From the human T2T-CHM13v2.0 reference genome, Homo sapiens, in the NCBI RefSeq assembly GCF_009914755.1, contig NC_060931.1: 64,000 bases of DNA, one strand, 5' to 3'. Below the pieces are notes generated by a model. The model did no database searches and had not been told where the DNA came from. It saw only the letters and a list, made by a program, of their open reading frames with translations. The position numbers and the translations under genes were made by a program. Position 1 is the first letter of the stretch. Every line of letters begins with the position of its first letter. This document shows, one piece after another, positions 38,840 through 60,819 of the stretch.

Positions 38840-41800
38840 CCTACATTAAGAAAAAGGGAAGACCTCAAATAAACCACCTAACTTCATACTTCAAGGAACT
38901 AGAAAAAGAACTAAGTCCACAGTCGGCAAAAGGAAGGAGTAATAAAAATTAGAGCAGAAATAAATGAAATAGAGACTAGAAGGACAATAGAAAAAATCAA
39001 CATAACTAAAAGTTGTTTTAAAAAAATCAACAGAAGTGACAAACCTGTAGCTAGACTAACCAATAAAAGAAGAGAGTGGACTCAAATACAATTATAAATG
39101 AAAGAGAGAACATTACAATTGATACCACAGAAATACAGAGAGGATCATAAGAGGCTACTATGAACAAATTGAATAATTTAGGACTAGATAAAGTCCTAGA
39201 AATATACAAGCTACCAAGACTAACCAAGAAGAAATAGAAAACCTGAACAAACCAATACTGATTAAGGAAACTGAATCAGTAATCAAAAACCTCTTGACAA
39301 ATACAAACAAAAAAAACCTTCAGGACCACACACCTTCACAGATGAATTCTAACCAAGCATTTAAAGAATAATTCACACCAATCTTTCTCAAACTCTTCCT
39401 AAAACTTTAAAAAGAGAGAACGCTTTCAAACTCATTTTAGCCTCATACCAAATTACCATCATATCAAAGCCAGATGAGGGTGCTACCAGAAAAGAAAGTT
39501 ACATGCCCATATCCTTAATGAACGTAGATGCAAAAATCCTTAACAAAACACTGGGAAGCAAAATTCAACAGCATATTAACGGATCACACAGCATGATCAA
39601 GTGGGATTTGTTCATGAGATGCAAGAATAGTTCAATATATGTAAATCAACATGTGTGATACACCACATTAACAGAATAAAGGATAAAGATCATGTGATCA
39701 TCTCAATAAATGCAGAGAAAACATTTGACAAAATTCAATGTTTGTTCATGATAAAAAAAAAAAAACTCTTAACGAATTAGGTATAGAAGGAATGTACCTC
39801 AACATAATAAAGGCCAAAATACAAGCCCACAGCTAACATCATACTCAACAATGAAAAACTGAAAGCTTTTCCTTTAAGATCAGAAACAATAAAAGGATGC
39901 CCACTCTTGCCACTTCTAGTCAACATAGTACTGGAAGTCCTATCCAGAGCTATTTGGCAAGAAAAAAGAAGGCATCTAAATTGAGAAGAAAGAAGTTAAA
40001 TTGTCTGCTTGCAGAAGACATGATTTTATATAAAGAAAACCCTAAAATTCTACCCCCCAAAAAAGTTAAAACTGATAAACAAATTCAGTAAAGTTGCAAG
40101 ATTGAAAAATCAACAAATGGAAGTCAGTTGTATTTCAATACACTATAACCAACTACCCAAAAAAGAAATGTTAAAAGTGACTCACTTACAAAAGCATCAG
40201 AAAGAATAAAATACTTGGGAATAAATTTAACCCAGGAGGGAAAAGATCTATTCACTGAAAACTGTAAAAAATTGATGAAAGATATTAAAGAAAACACAAA
40301 TAAATGGAAAGATTGTCTGTGTTCATGGACTGGAAGAATCAATATGGTTAAAATATCTATACTACTCAAAGCAATCTACAGAAATGCAAACCCTATCAAA
40401 ATTCCAATGGCATTTTTTACAGAAATAGAAAAATTTATATGGAATCACAAAAGGCCCAGAATAGCTAAAGTAATTTTGAGAAAGAACAGAGCTGGAAGTA
40501 TCACATGCCCTCGTTTCAAACTACATTGCAAAACTATAGTAATTAAAAGAGTATAGTACTGGCATAAAAATAGACACATAGACCAATAGAAAAGAATAGA
40601 AAGCCCAGAAATAAAACGAAGAGTAGAATGCACAATGGAGAAAGGAAAGTCTCTTTAACAAATGACTAGAAAAATTGTATATCCAAATGCAGAAAAATGA
40701 AATTGAACCCTTATCTCACACCATATACAAAAATAGGCCCAAATCAATTACAGACTTAGATGTAACATCTGAAACTATAAAACTATCAGAAGAGAATCTA
40801 AGGAAAAAGCTTCTTGACATTGACCTGGGCAATGGTTTTTTTGGATGTGACCCCAAAAACACAGGCAAAAAAAGCAAAAATAGACAAACAGGATTGCATC
40901 AAAGCAGAAAATTTTTGCACAAAAAAAAGAAACAATAAACAGTAAAAAGGCAACCTATGGAAGGCGAGAAAATGTCTGCAAATTATGTATCTGATAAGGA
41001 GTTGATATTCAAAATATGTCAGAAACTCACACAACACACAAAAACCTCAGTATTATTTTTAAATAAAAAATATGCATTAATTACTCAGTATTATTTTTAA
41101 ATAAAAAGTATTGATTACTCAATATTATTAATCAAAAATAGTCATAATTAACATATTTAAAAGAAGCAAAGGACCTGAGTAGACATTTTTCCAAAGAAGA
41201 CATACAAATGGCCAACAAGTATATGAAAAGGTGCTCAACATCATTAATCACCAGGGAAATGCAAATCAAACCACAGTGAGATACTACCTCACACCTGTTA
41301 AGGTGGCTGTTATGAAAAAGACAAACAATGACAAGTGTTGGCAAGTGTGTGGAGAAAATGGAACCCTTGTACAGTGTCAGTGGTAAAGTAAATTGGTGCA
41401 GCCATTATGGAAAACAAAGGTTCCTCAAAAAATTGAGGACCTATCAATCCCATGTCTGGGTATATATCCAAAGCAAATAAAATCAATATACCTGCACCCC
41501 CGCATTCATTGCAGCATTATTCACAAGAGCCAAAATACAGCAACAACCTAAGTATCACTCAGTAGATGAAAGGATAAGAAAATGTAGTGTGTATATACGC
41601 AATATAATAATATTTAGCCAGAAAAAATAAGGGAATCCTGCCATTTGTGACGATATAAATGAACCTGGAAGACATTATGCTAAGCAAAATAAAATCCAGA
41701 AATAGGAAGATAAACACTGTGTGATCTCACTTATATGTGGAGCCTAAAGTGTCAAACTCATAGAAGAAAAGAAGAGAACAGTGGTTGTCAGGGACTACAG

Positions 41801-41998
41801 GGGTGGGGAAATGGGGAAGTCTTGGTTAAATACAAAATGAACAAGTCCTAGAGATCTAATGTACAGCATGGGTGGTAATGGATGTATTGATTAATTTAAT
41901 TGAGGTAATCATTACACAATGTATAAGTAGATATAATCGTCACATTGTACACCTTGAATATACTTAATCTTTATTTGTCAATTAATATTTTTAAATTT
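38840..41998 (+). mobile_element. 5'-truncated LINE-1 (L1MA-like) ORF2 and 3' UTR
   Basis: ORF 40215-40556 (LGINLT.E.KDL..EN.KKLMK.IKE.TNKWK) is L1 ORF2p. 3' UTR agagatctaatgtacagcatg...ttatttgtcaatt. Confidence 0.88.
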
Positions 41999-42002
41999 TT
42001 AA

Positions 42003-42352
<350 letters not shown>

Positions 42353-43265
42353 TATTTCCACATTTTCCATGTCTGTCTCAATTCAACTTTGGGAATGAAC
42401 ATCTCCCTGCATAGCTCAGTAATTGTTACTGCTCAGCCATATCATCACCTGTCCCCTACCTTCCTTCTACCCACAGGATAATCTGTTTTGTTTAACTTTT
42501 TTCTCCAGCTATCCTAGTATACATATTTTTTCTGATGCTTGGTAACCACTTAAGCATTGACCACCTAGGCCTTCAATAAAAGCAAATTAATCTGGATAAA
42601 CTTAATTTCTTGATATCATCTGCTCAAATATGACAGTAAGCATCTAGTAATAAGGAGGTTAAATCTGAAGGAAAATAATGCATATCAGACTCTCTTAGAA
42701 GAAAATAATATATGGGTTGGAGGCGTTCTCACTGAGATAGAACCAATGTTAGAGTTTTCTGAGTCAATATATATGACTTGAGTCACTTTCTTCCAGATTT
42801 GTGAAAATCCCAATTTGCTTTTAACTTCTTGAATGTGTTAATTTCCTGAACTTTGTAGAGTTTAGGAGTTTTTAATCACCTCCTAGAACTGGATGGACCT
42901 ACTGATTTTAATCTCTGCTAACAAGACTAGAATTTTTCATCAAAGTGGTTCATTTGGATTGTTCACTTGGTACAAAATTTCCTCAAAATTCCCATGCAAT
43001 TTTGAGTTACATGAGAAAACTTTAAGCTCTGCCCTTTCATTACACTGGTTCAAAGTACAACCAAAAAGGAGAATCTACAGAATATGGGATATGGGGATAG
43101 CGGGGAACAAACAATAATTGCCTTTCTTTTTGGCTGACCTGAAGGTTTGCCTCTAACAGTCAAGGCTGTTTCATGATGACATTAGGTACAGCCATTCAAG
43201 ATGCAGCCCATTAAACTACTGTGTGTCATATCTCACTGATGAATATTATTTCTGAAAATGTTATC

Positions 43266-43571
43266 AGCTGGGCACAGTGGCTCACACCTGCAATCCCAGC
43301 ACCTTGGGTGGCAGAGGCAACAGGATCACTTGAACCCAGGACTTCTAGACCAGCCTGGACAACACAGTGAGACCTTGTCTCTACAAAAAAAAAATGAAAA
43401 ACAAAATTAGCTGGATAGGGTGGTGAACATCTGTGGTCCCATCTACTCGGGAGGCTGTGGTGGGATGATTGCCTCAAGAGATGGAGGCTGCAGTGAGCTG
43501 TGATTGTGCCACTGCACTCTAGCCTGGACAACAGAGACCCTATCTGGAAAAAACAATAATAAAGAAAGAAA
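43266..43571 (+). mobile_element. Alu (AluJ-like)
   Basis: Dimer; TSD gaaaatgttatc / gaaaatgttttc. Confidence 0.9.
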
Positions 43572-44023
43572 AGAAAATGTTTTCCATAATTGTTCATTGA
43601 TTAGCTACACATGAAAATTAATGAGACTGAACACCTGCTGCTAGTTTTGCTGTGTCACACCAGTGTGCCACCAAAGTTCACGTTAGCAGATTTGGTCAAT
43701 TGCTTACCACAATGGGGGCTAAATATGCTAAACTATATAATTTTGGCCCATTCAAATTTAATTCTGTGTAAACTATACCATGGAACTGGAACAGTATGAA
43801 GAATCACAATAAAAGGATTATAAAGGATCATAATAAAAGGACCATGAAGGATCCTGACAAAAAGAAAATAGATATTAGTAAAATCTCTGCTCACCTTTGC
43901 ATCAATATAATTTTATAAAGCCCACATCTGAGAGCATTTACCATAATGCAGCCCACAGCTGAAAAACCTAGTGGTACTTTTTGTTCTTTTTGTACTTTTT
44001 GTTTTTGTCTAAAAAAAGAGATT

Positions 44024-44153
44024 GGGCCAAGTGTAGTGGCGCACACCTATAGTCCCAGCATCCCAGCAACTTTGGAAGCTGAGATGGGAGAATTGCTTGA
44101 GCACAGGAGTTTGTGGCCAGCCTGGGCAACACAGCAAGACTCTGTGTCTTAAA

Positions 44154-44200
<47 letters not shown>
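44024..44200 (+). mobile_element. Alu monomer (FLAM-like) followed by (GA)n microsatellite
   Basis: Monomer 44024-44153, then ~22 GA units at 44157-44200. Confidence 0.85.
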
Positions 44201-44203
<3 letters not shown>

Positions 44204-44589
44204 AGCCACATCTCATTCAACCACGCTGACCATGACATAATTTTTCATCTTCCTTTACCCATAATTTTGAAGAGATACCAGATGTAAACTGTTTTATTGT
44301 CCCACTCCCTGTGTTTCATTTGTAAACCCTGCTTTTTCTGGACTTCTATAAAGTCTGTCTGGCTGTGAGCCTAGGACACTCTGCTTATACTCAGTTGCAT
44401 GAAGCTCCAGGCAGAAGTGTATCAGTGATAAAAGAGTTGAAAAGTTTACCCTGAAATTCATTTAGCTCTGCTGATAAACATGACTGGAACAAACAGGGTC
44501 CCAAGAGCCCAGGCAACTTTGAGAGGAAAGAGCCAGAGCCCACATTTCAATTTCCCAAGCTTGGGTTCTAGTATTGTGAAGCATGCTGT

Positions 44590-44765
44590 GAGTCCTTCAT
44601 TCATTCCCTGCTTTTCTATTTACTAGCTATGCAAATTTTAGTGAACTGATTTATGTAAAATGAGGATAATTGCAGCTACTTCAACTGGAGTAAGAGTAAA
44701 ATGAGATTTAGTAAAGTGCTCTGTGCAGGGTCGAGTACATTACTGAGTGCTCATTACTTGTTAGT
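44590..44765 (+). mobile_element. MIR fragment
   Basis: tgtaaaatgaggataattgcagctacttc...gtaaagtgct...tgagtgctca...ttgttag. Confidence 0.55.
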
Positions 44766-47700
44766 GACCTTCCTCCCTTCATAGTGTCACTAGAGTGTGT
44801 TATCATTGCACAACGCAAGCAATCCCATAGCCTATACGTGCACAATTCACATATGCCCCTTATCAGTAGCTGCTTGCAGACATGAAAAAGCTTCCTTCCC
44901 CTCTGGAACCCACAGAGGCTTTCTACCCCATCTTTCACCCCTGCTAACCTATCTACAGACTCAAGCTCAACATCACCCACCACCATCCTTGCTCTTCTTG
45001 AGCCCCAATCACCAGATCCTGGAACCAGGGACTCCAATCTTCCCCAGGCAAAGCCGGTAGAAGACAGGAGAGGAAGAAAGAGAGAAGACAAGGAAAGGAG
45101 AAGAGAGGGCTTCCTCCCCTTCCCCAACCCTCCACTTCAGTGCTGCTTTCAGGACAGCGAAGGGAGGGAGGAAGGCAAACGGGACAGAGAAAAGGCCTCG
45201 GAGAAAACCCTCTCCCATTTTTCTCAGCAGAGACTCAGCGAGGGCTTGGGTGTGGAAGCAGCCACCCCACTGCCAGAGGAGGGATTCTCTGGCTCCCAAT
45301 TCTGATCTCTGAGAACAATCTACAAACTTTTTGGAACACGGCCCTTTGTAAATAGATACTATTTATATTCCACCTTATGTTTCAGTACACATATATTTAT
45401 AGTTCTATACTGAGCAATATTGTTTTCTATCACATACTAAATATAGCCATTTCAGTCCATCAGTGTAATTATTTAACTTGAAGACAAGCGCCATTGTTTT
45501 AATCATTTTAGAAACCAATTATCCTTATTATCTCACATTTCATAATCATATTTCAATACTTTTATTGTTAATGCAGTTACTATTACAGATGTTCAAAGTA
45601 CATATATATACATATGAAATTATAGATAAGAAATTATATATTTAATATATTACATAAAATACATATTTTACATATATATGTATTATTACACACCACATGA
45701 AAAAAGACACAAGAAGACTAAAAGAAAGTAGTGAAATGTTAACAATGGGAATAGAATTATGGGCTAGTTTAGAATTCTTTCTACTTCTCTAAAGTTTCCA
45801 AATGTCTTGTTATATTACTTTTATAATTGGAAGAATAAACATAATTATATATTTTAACATATTCATGCCTGTTAACCATGAAGTCCTGACTAAAATAAGT
45901 AAAGCAATGGCAATTTTGGAGCACATGTTTCAAATTTTCATTTTGAAAAACAGGGATATCTATTACAATACTTTTAAATACAACAGGAATTTGGAAATTG
46001 TCATAGTAGTAAAAACCTACAATTAAGAGACTTTAAAAAAGATATCCTCCCAGAGGTTATCTGTGGTGGGAGAAAAATCTAGCTAATTCCTAGAAAAACA
46101 AACCCCTGTCTAGATACACAGCTCAAGTAATGGGAAGTGTCACCTGGTGAAGTCTTCCAGTCTTGGTGAATTTCGTGATTTTAAGACACACATACGGTTT
46201 CGTTATTTCTGAGGTGTATGTATGTTTTTTAATTAAAAATTCTTTGTAATATCAATGTTCCCATCAGAGCTACACTTGCAGCAGACGGTGTGAATGCAGG
46301 TGATTAAGGAGAGTTAGTCTCAGCACTCACGATCATGGGTGCTGTCTCTGTGGGGCTGTCACTCACTCAGGGCCTTGGCCTCCTCCCCTGAACACAGCAC
46401 GATGATACAGACTCCCTCACAATTGCTGCAAGGATCCCATCAGATCGTGCCTACTAAAGGGCACCATTTGAACTGGTCACCTCTGTGGTGGCTGTGGCTT
46501 CTCTGTCTCTCGCTGACAAATGAACCAATTCTAGGGGAGTGCACAGAGGCACCGGGTAGTGGGCAGGACTCTGGTCAACAAGCTTATGGAAGACACTCCA
46601 AAGCAAGAGAAGGACACACAGAGTAACAAAGTCCTCTGATCCCAGAGACACTGATGGACAGAAAGGAGGACTGGATAAAGGAAAGGTGCATTTAGAGAAC
46701 GTTTGCTTGTTTCCTTTCCCAAAGCCATGGAGACTTGAAGGGATCAAGTGACAGCATGTCCAGTGTGCTGAGGCAGAGCCATGGTATTAGGGACAATGAA
46801 GACAGAACAGTGGCTGCTGAACTCTTGAAAAGACTCACTCAGAAAGCCTCACCCCAGCTCCTGTTTCTGCTCAGGGACTCCAGAGTCTCCCTCAGGTGGG
46901 ACCTGAGGACGGTGGGACACAGTGAGGGTCTCCAGTTCATTTGCCGGTGAAGATCTATGGCTGCTGTGCCCCAGTCCTCAGACTCCTAACTAAAATATTG
47001 TGATAAGAAAGCTGCTGGCAGGGAGCGCCGGCGGAGAGGTTGTGTGTATTTTCCCAGGTGCAGGCTGGGATTAGAGCGAGGAGAAATATGAACCCTTTCG
47101 ATAGAGCACCCGAGGCCAGTCATCGCACGGACATCTCCAGCCATGGGTTTAAAAGGCTGCTGTTGTGTCTATGGGGTAAGACAAACCCCTGAACGATTCA
47201 GACCTTGTAGAGGGATCAGATGCTCATTAGGGCTTGGGGATGTCAACAAGAATCTTTCGAAGGAAAAATAAGGTGCTCATAAACTAAATTCCCTAGCTCA
47301 CATTTCCCGAATATCTAACCCAGATGGCTAATTGGTGAGCCACTTCACAATGCCCGTCTTCATGCCTTTTTGACTTTCCTTTTGTTTATTTAAAGATGTC
47401 TTCAATAAATCTCCACAACGAGGAGTTTTCGCTGACAGAGTTAGTATGGTCAGTGACGATCTCACAGGCCAAGTGACAGAAAATTAGACTTGAATAGACA
47501 ACAAAGAAAGGTTCAAAAATTTGAAGATGGAAACCAAAAATTATTTCAGTTGAATGAGAATTCTTCACTTAATTTGAAATTCTCATGGACTTCTTTTAAT
47601 GTATGTGACAAAACAGTCTGGGGTTTTAGCTTCCTATCTAATGAAGTAAAAGATACTTAATGATCACAAAAATGTCCATTTGTTAATATTACATAATTAC

Positions 47701-47999
47701 TTTGAGACTGGACCACAATATTTCTAAATCCTTAATAATATTTTTAAATCTCAAGGCCAAAATAATAATAATAAAACTTTCAGAAATGTCTACCCAATGG
47801 TTCTAAGGGTTGTGTGATTTATTTTTCGGAAAGACTCTTGCCTCATTTTTGCATTCTCTATCTTAGAGATTAAAGGCAGATACTTATGTCTTCAGTTAGC
47901 ACCACATAATAGTGAATTCCTTCAAAAACTATTTACATAATGCAAAAATCTAATTTTAAAAAAAAGGATACATTCCTAAAAAAAAAAAAATTCATATGA

Positions 48000-48417
<418 letters not shown>

Positions 48418-48699
48418 CTATAGTATTTCCCTCTTTTATAGTAATAATATAGTGTATGTACTGAAAATATCTCCAGGACTGTATAACCAAAAAGTGGACC
48501 AAAAAATCCCTTGAATGGGAGACCTTTCATGGTCCTATCTTACATGTTTCTGTGGAGCTTTCATTTTTAAGCTTTTCCAATCAGAAAAAATAAATTGAAT
48601 AAAGACTTACGCGTTGGCTATTATTTTGAGGCACTGACACTCTGGATATTGGAAATAGGCTGAGTTTGATCATTGCATTTCAAAGCACAGATTTTCCCG

Positions 48700-49560
48700 C
48701 ACAAACCAAACTAGAGGAGAAATGCCACGCAATGCAATTTATGCTAGAAAAGGCTTGGCCCTGCGCGGAGGTAGGGCGAGTGGAGCTGCACAGTGAGACC
48801 TGCGTGCGGGAGGCGCACTCCACCTCAACCCAGCGCGCCGCCTGGAACAGCCCCCGGAGCCGGGGAGCTGAGCTAGGGAAGGCCGAGGGCTTTGCCTGCA
48901 GGCCATTGTTAATAAAACTCATTACTCTGGGAATGTTCCGAGGCAGCCCGACCCTTGCCTGCCTAAGAAAATCAGCCTCTGCTCCTCATTCTAAGCCCTT
49001 ATCCAACGTCCCCACCTGCAAGACCAGTTCCTGAGGGTCGGCATGAAGAAGAGGAAAAGCACGTGGAGGATAGAGTAAAATACGTAGACTAAGAGAGAAA
49101 GTAGGATGCGGTGATGGAAGTGAGAGCCGCTTGGAAAAAACTGGGAGAGAGGAGGAGGAGGTGGCGCTTGGAGCAGCAAAGACTCTGCGGTGTGTGCGCG
49201 TGCGCGCGAGAAAGAATGGGGAAAGTAATAGATACTCGAAAGGCTGACTGGGTTGATGAATGGAATTCCCCTCCGTAATTTTTGGAGTCATAATTTTTGC
49301 CCCTTGGACTGTGCTTCTTGAAGTGCAGCGTGCCTGGAGCCCGGGCCGTGGGGCCACTCGGCTACGGATGCTATGTGATCTAACCAGGACCCAGGAAGGG
49401 GCCCTCTGGCTGCAGTGAGAGAGGGGTACACGGGGCGACACGCAGTGTTCTCAGGAGGGCGGCACAGCTGCTGCAGGTGAGAAGTGCTGGGGACGGTCGA
49501 GATCACTGGACGCCCTCAGAAATGGTACTGCGGCTGGAGAAATCATTAACGAGGAAAGAA
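48700..49560. promoter_or_regulatory. CpG-rich, GC-rich unique region; candidate CpG-island promoter
   Basis: Densest non-repeat CpG cluster in the window (cagcgcgccg, gtgcgcgtgcgcgcga, gcccgggccg, ggggcgacacgc). Splice-donor consensus CAG|gtgaga at 49476/77 (+) and CGC|gtaagt at 48611/10 (-). Confidence 0.65.
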
Positions 49561-49572
49561 ATAACCCAATTT

Positions 49573-49680
49573 CCGGGAGGCTGGGACAGGAGAATTGCTT
49601 GAACCCGGGAGCAGAGGTTGCCGGGAGCCGAGATCGCGCCACTGCACTCCAGCCTGGGCGACAGAGCGAGATTCCGTCTC

Positions 49681-49711
<31 letters not shown>

Positions 49712-49735
49712 GGAAAAGAAAAGAAGAGAAAAGAA
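49573..49735 (+). mobile_element. 5'-truncated Alu (right arm only) with (GAAAA)n tail
   Basis: ccgggaggctgggacaggagaattgcttgaacccggg...gagattccgtctc; imperfect TSD aagaaataacccaattt / aagaaacacccaattt. Confidence 0.9.
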
Positions 49736-50304
49736 AGAAACACCCAATTTCAGAAAGAGATGAGAATGGAGAGCTCAGAAGACACAATTTCTCTCTCACA
49801 CTTCTGCCTTCTGGCCACATCCTCCCAGACAGGATAAATTTGAAGGTGGTTCCCCCACGCCCCGCTAAAGAAAGGTAGAGGGAAAAGTGGATGATTAATG
49901 ATTGCCTGGGCTGACTTAAGTCACAGGCATTATGAATAAAAAGCAGTATGAATTACCAACCCCTGGAGCAATCCCTGTCTCCTACATTCCGGATCTTTAA
50001 TGGTGCCAGCCCTGCCCTTGAACTGAGTTACTCCTAAACTCGAATTTGAATTTGTTAAACTACTTAGTCACGGTGAACTCTTTAGTGAAGCTGAAATTTT
50101 CAGAGTAAATGATTTTATGGTAGAGTTCTTTTAAAATACAATGCTTTTACAAACTAGTCCACTTTTGGCTGCCACACATTTTAGGTTTAAATGAACCATA
50201 TTTTAAAATATTATAATGAACACTTCCTGTGTTGTCAGGTAGAGACCACTGTTAAAGCAGTTTCTCAGGTGTTTGAAAACAGGTTGTTACCATTCATTCT
50301 TAAA

Positions 50305-50525
50305 AATATTAGTCTTGGGCTTTAGACTTAGAAGACCTGGGCTTCAGGTTCCACTCACTACTAACTTGGGCAAGTTATTTACCTTATGAGCATCCTTTCC
50401 TAATCTGTAGAAAGAAAACAAAAAAAAGAATAAGAATAGCACTTCACAGAGCTTTTGTCAGAATTAAATTAGATAAACGACAGAAATGGATCTGGCACCA
50501 TACCCAGCACATTCTAAATGTTAGT
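50305..50525 (+). mobile_element. MIR
   Basis: gggctttagacttagaagacctggg...ccactcactactaacttgggcaagttatttacc...ttgtcagaattaaattagataa. Confidence 0.7.
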
Positions 50526-51260
50526 TTTCTTTCTCTTCAAATTATTAATTTGCTTTGCAAACCTATTTTCCTGCATCAACAGTGCAGTGAACTCTAGATG
50601 AGCATTTTAGAATCACATGTAATTTTAAATTATTGGGGTATGTGTTAATAATGCTGTTTCTTATAATAATTTATGGCAATCAATATTAAATTGCATAACA
50701 AATATTCCTTTGCAATACACACATAAAATCAGATGCTTCTATTCAACAATCAGCTCTCAGTCCCTGGTCTGACCATAAGTTTATCAATAGTCTATCCTGA
50801 ACCTATTTTGGTATCACATGTGATTCTCATTTCTGGGCCTGGCTTCAGGCCTTTGGGCCATAGATCTAGACTGCAGCTTCCTGAGATGACCTGTGCAGAC
50901 TGCTCATATCCAACACCTCTTATTCATGTTTAAAATATGCAGAAGGCAAAAGTAGGAAACTTAGCAGGAAGTAGAGCTAAATGGACAGTTATGACAATTC
51001 TGTCCCCCTCTGCCTGCCAGTTCCTCCCAAGCACCCACTCCAGGGAAACACTGGAAAGCCTGCAGAATCACAGCAGTGGTTTTTATTTTGAATGAGATTA
51101 ATTTTGTCGGTGTCATTTACAAATAATTTTTTTTAACTTCCAAAACTTTAGCTAAATTGAAACTGTGGTCTGATGGCTGTTAACAAAGATTAAAAATCAA
51201 AAGGGTCCATGTCCAGTTTTCAATGTTGTATAGATTTTATAAACGCTCAGAATCAGTTTT

Positions 51261-58029
<6,769 letters not shown>

Positions 58030-58057
58030 CTCTGAATCAGTTTTTAAAGAAAAAAAA

Positions 58058-58348
58058 ACTGAGTGCAGCGGCTCATGCTTATAATCCCAGCAGGAGATCC
58101 CAGCAGGAGGCCAAGGCAGGAGAATTGCTTGAGCCCAGGAGTTCAAGACCAGCCTGAGCAACACAATGAGACCCCTTCTCTACAAAAAATTAAAAATTTA
58201 GCCAGGTGTGGTAGTGGCACACATCTGTATTCCCAGCTACTCAGGAGGCTGAGGCAGAGGGTCACTTGAGCTGGGAGTTCAAGGCTGCACTGAGCTATGA
58301 TCGTGCCACTGCACTCCAGCCTAGGCAACAGAGCAAGACCCCATCTCA
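58058..58348 (+). mobile_element. Alu (AluJ-like)
   Basis: ttgcttgagcccaggagttcaagacc...gttcaaggctgcactgagctatgatc; small internal duplication of atcccagcaggag. Confidence 0.9.
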
Positions 58349-60094
58349 AAAAAAAAAGAAAGAAAAAATATATAGTTTAAAATGAGTTCCAGCTATCTTT
58401 AAATTATGCCCCACTTATCACTGGTCTGAATAAAGAAGGAGAAAGAGAACTTCCCTGTGCCAGAATGCAGTCAGGTCTATTTCACAGCCAGCTCCTGCTG
58501 ACTTTAAGAAAGCTCAGCTTGTGCCATCAGAGTGGAATTCCTTGGCCCAGGGCCTCCAGCAGAAGCCCCCTGAGAGGTCACCCTGATCCTCCAGCCCATC
58601 CCATCTCCTGACCTTCTCTGTCATTGCTATCTTGCCAGTCACCCCTCCAGCCCCCACTTCACCCAAGATCTTCCCCGTGGGAATGAACTGAAACATCGAG
58701 ATTTTTCTGTGGTGATCGAACTGGAGGACTCTAACTTTCACTTACAAGATCTATTCATGTTTGCAACAACATATCATGATGGGTGGAGAATACTAATACC
58801 AAAGGACTGAGTCTCTTTAAATTTGACCAACTGACTTAGCAGGCAGCTGGTGCCTTGGTTCCTTTCTATCCCTCATGCTTAAGATAACTTGACAAGACAC
58901 TGAGGGATATTTTGAACCTTTCAGGCCTAAAAGCTGTGATTTGGATGGAATTAATAAAATGGCAAGGTAATTGCAATCCTTTTCTCTCTTTATTGGCTTG
59001 TATTTTGCTATGTTGATTCTGAAGTGGATAACTTGTTGTTCTATACTTTTTAACTTAAGAAAATGTGTTCAGTATGATTTTGTGTCTTCCTTAATGAAAA
59101 GTGTTTATTTTCCATTGCTGGTTTGCCGCAGACCCATTTCTGGCTAAGCATAGAACTCTTCAGTCATCTAAACCACTGTCTGAACATATTTGAGCATGGA
59201 AAAGTAAAAGTTTTAGGAATTTATCTGTGTTGGGTTGACTATTATGTATTTCTGTTGATCTCCAGACATAGAAAGGATCATTTTCCTTCCTAGGACACAT
59301 TCAAATACAAATGCTGGTTTTATGGAAAGACAGTGTCTGGATTTAACGTATCAGATGCCTTAAGATATGTGAATCTGGTAAATTCCAGGCCTGATTATCT
59401 GATCATTTGTGTATTAACATTTGGAGGCCAACAGCAATTCTCATAGAAGGGAATGGGAGAGCTTACATAAACTGAATCACTGTGATCTAGGCATGATTTT
59501 TATGTGGAAATAAATTTTTCCTAAGATAACTTGAGTCTTTATCCCCTTTTTATTATTAATTGCCTTGATTTAAAAATGGGGCAAACTCAACAGAAAGATG
59601 AAAGCAATCTTATATAGAGCCGCATTTCATTTGCCGTAGGTCTTGTTTTCCAGAGCTATCTCCAACTTTGCCACCTGAGAAACACAAGTCCAAGTCCAAT
59701 ACTTACAGAAGAAATAACTATTCCACCTAGTCAAGGAACTAGCCAACACTTAATGGAGGATTGCCCTTGGTTATAGAGCTAACTGCAAATGAAGTAACTA
59801 GAGGAAGACCATTTACCTTCTCCATTGAAGAGACCATTCAAGAGCCAACTCAGCAATCAGGGTCTAGCAGTGTTACTGACTGGATGACTGGCACTTAGAG
59901 TCCAGCACCCTGCTGAGAAACCAGCAACCCATGTGAGGATTCCATGGCCAGTAAGCATGCTCTGCTTCTTGACTTTATGTAGAGGCTGTTGGTTAACTTT
60001 CCAGTGCAAATTTTGTTCATTTGGATTTCCCTATTTTGTCTGTTTTTCCTTTTCATTCATGCACATTTTACAGTCCACCACTCTGCTTGGCTCC

Positions 60095-60819
<725 letters not shown>

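Noticed and set aside
43808-43853. Short imperfect direct repeat (aataaaagga...aaggatc twice), and ttcttaacagct twice at 28016-28044
   Set aside because: Ordinary slippage micro-duplications with no further structure.
48986-49441. 151-aa minus-strand ORF in the CpG-rich region
   Set aside because: Starts at GTG, has no recognisable domain, and long ORFs arise by chance in GC-rich DNA.
58639-58810. Acceptor-preceded 56-codon open frame (HPSSPHFTQDLPRGNELKHRDFSVVIELEDSNFHLQD...)
   Set aside because: No recognisable homology or convincing donor, and the length is within chance expectation; tBLASTn/PhyloCSF would be needed.
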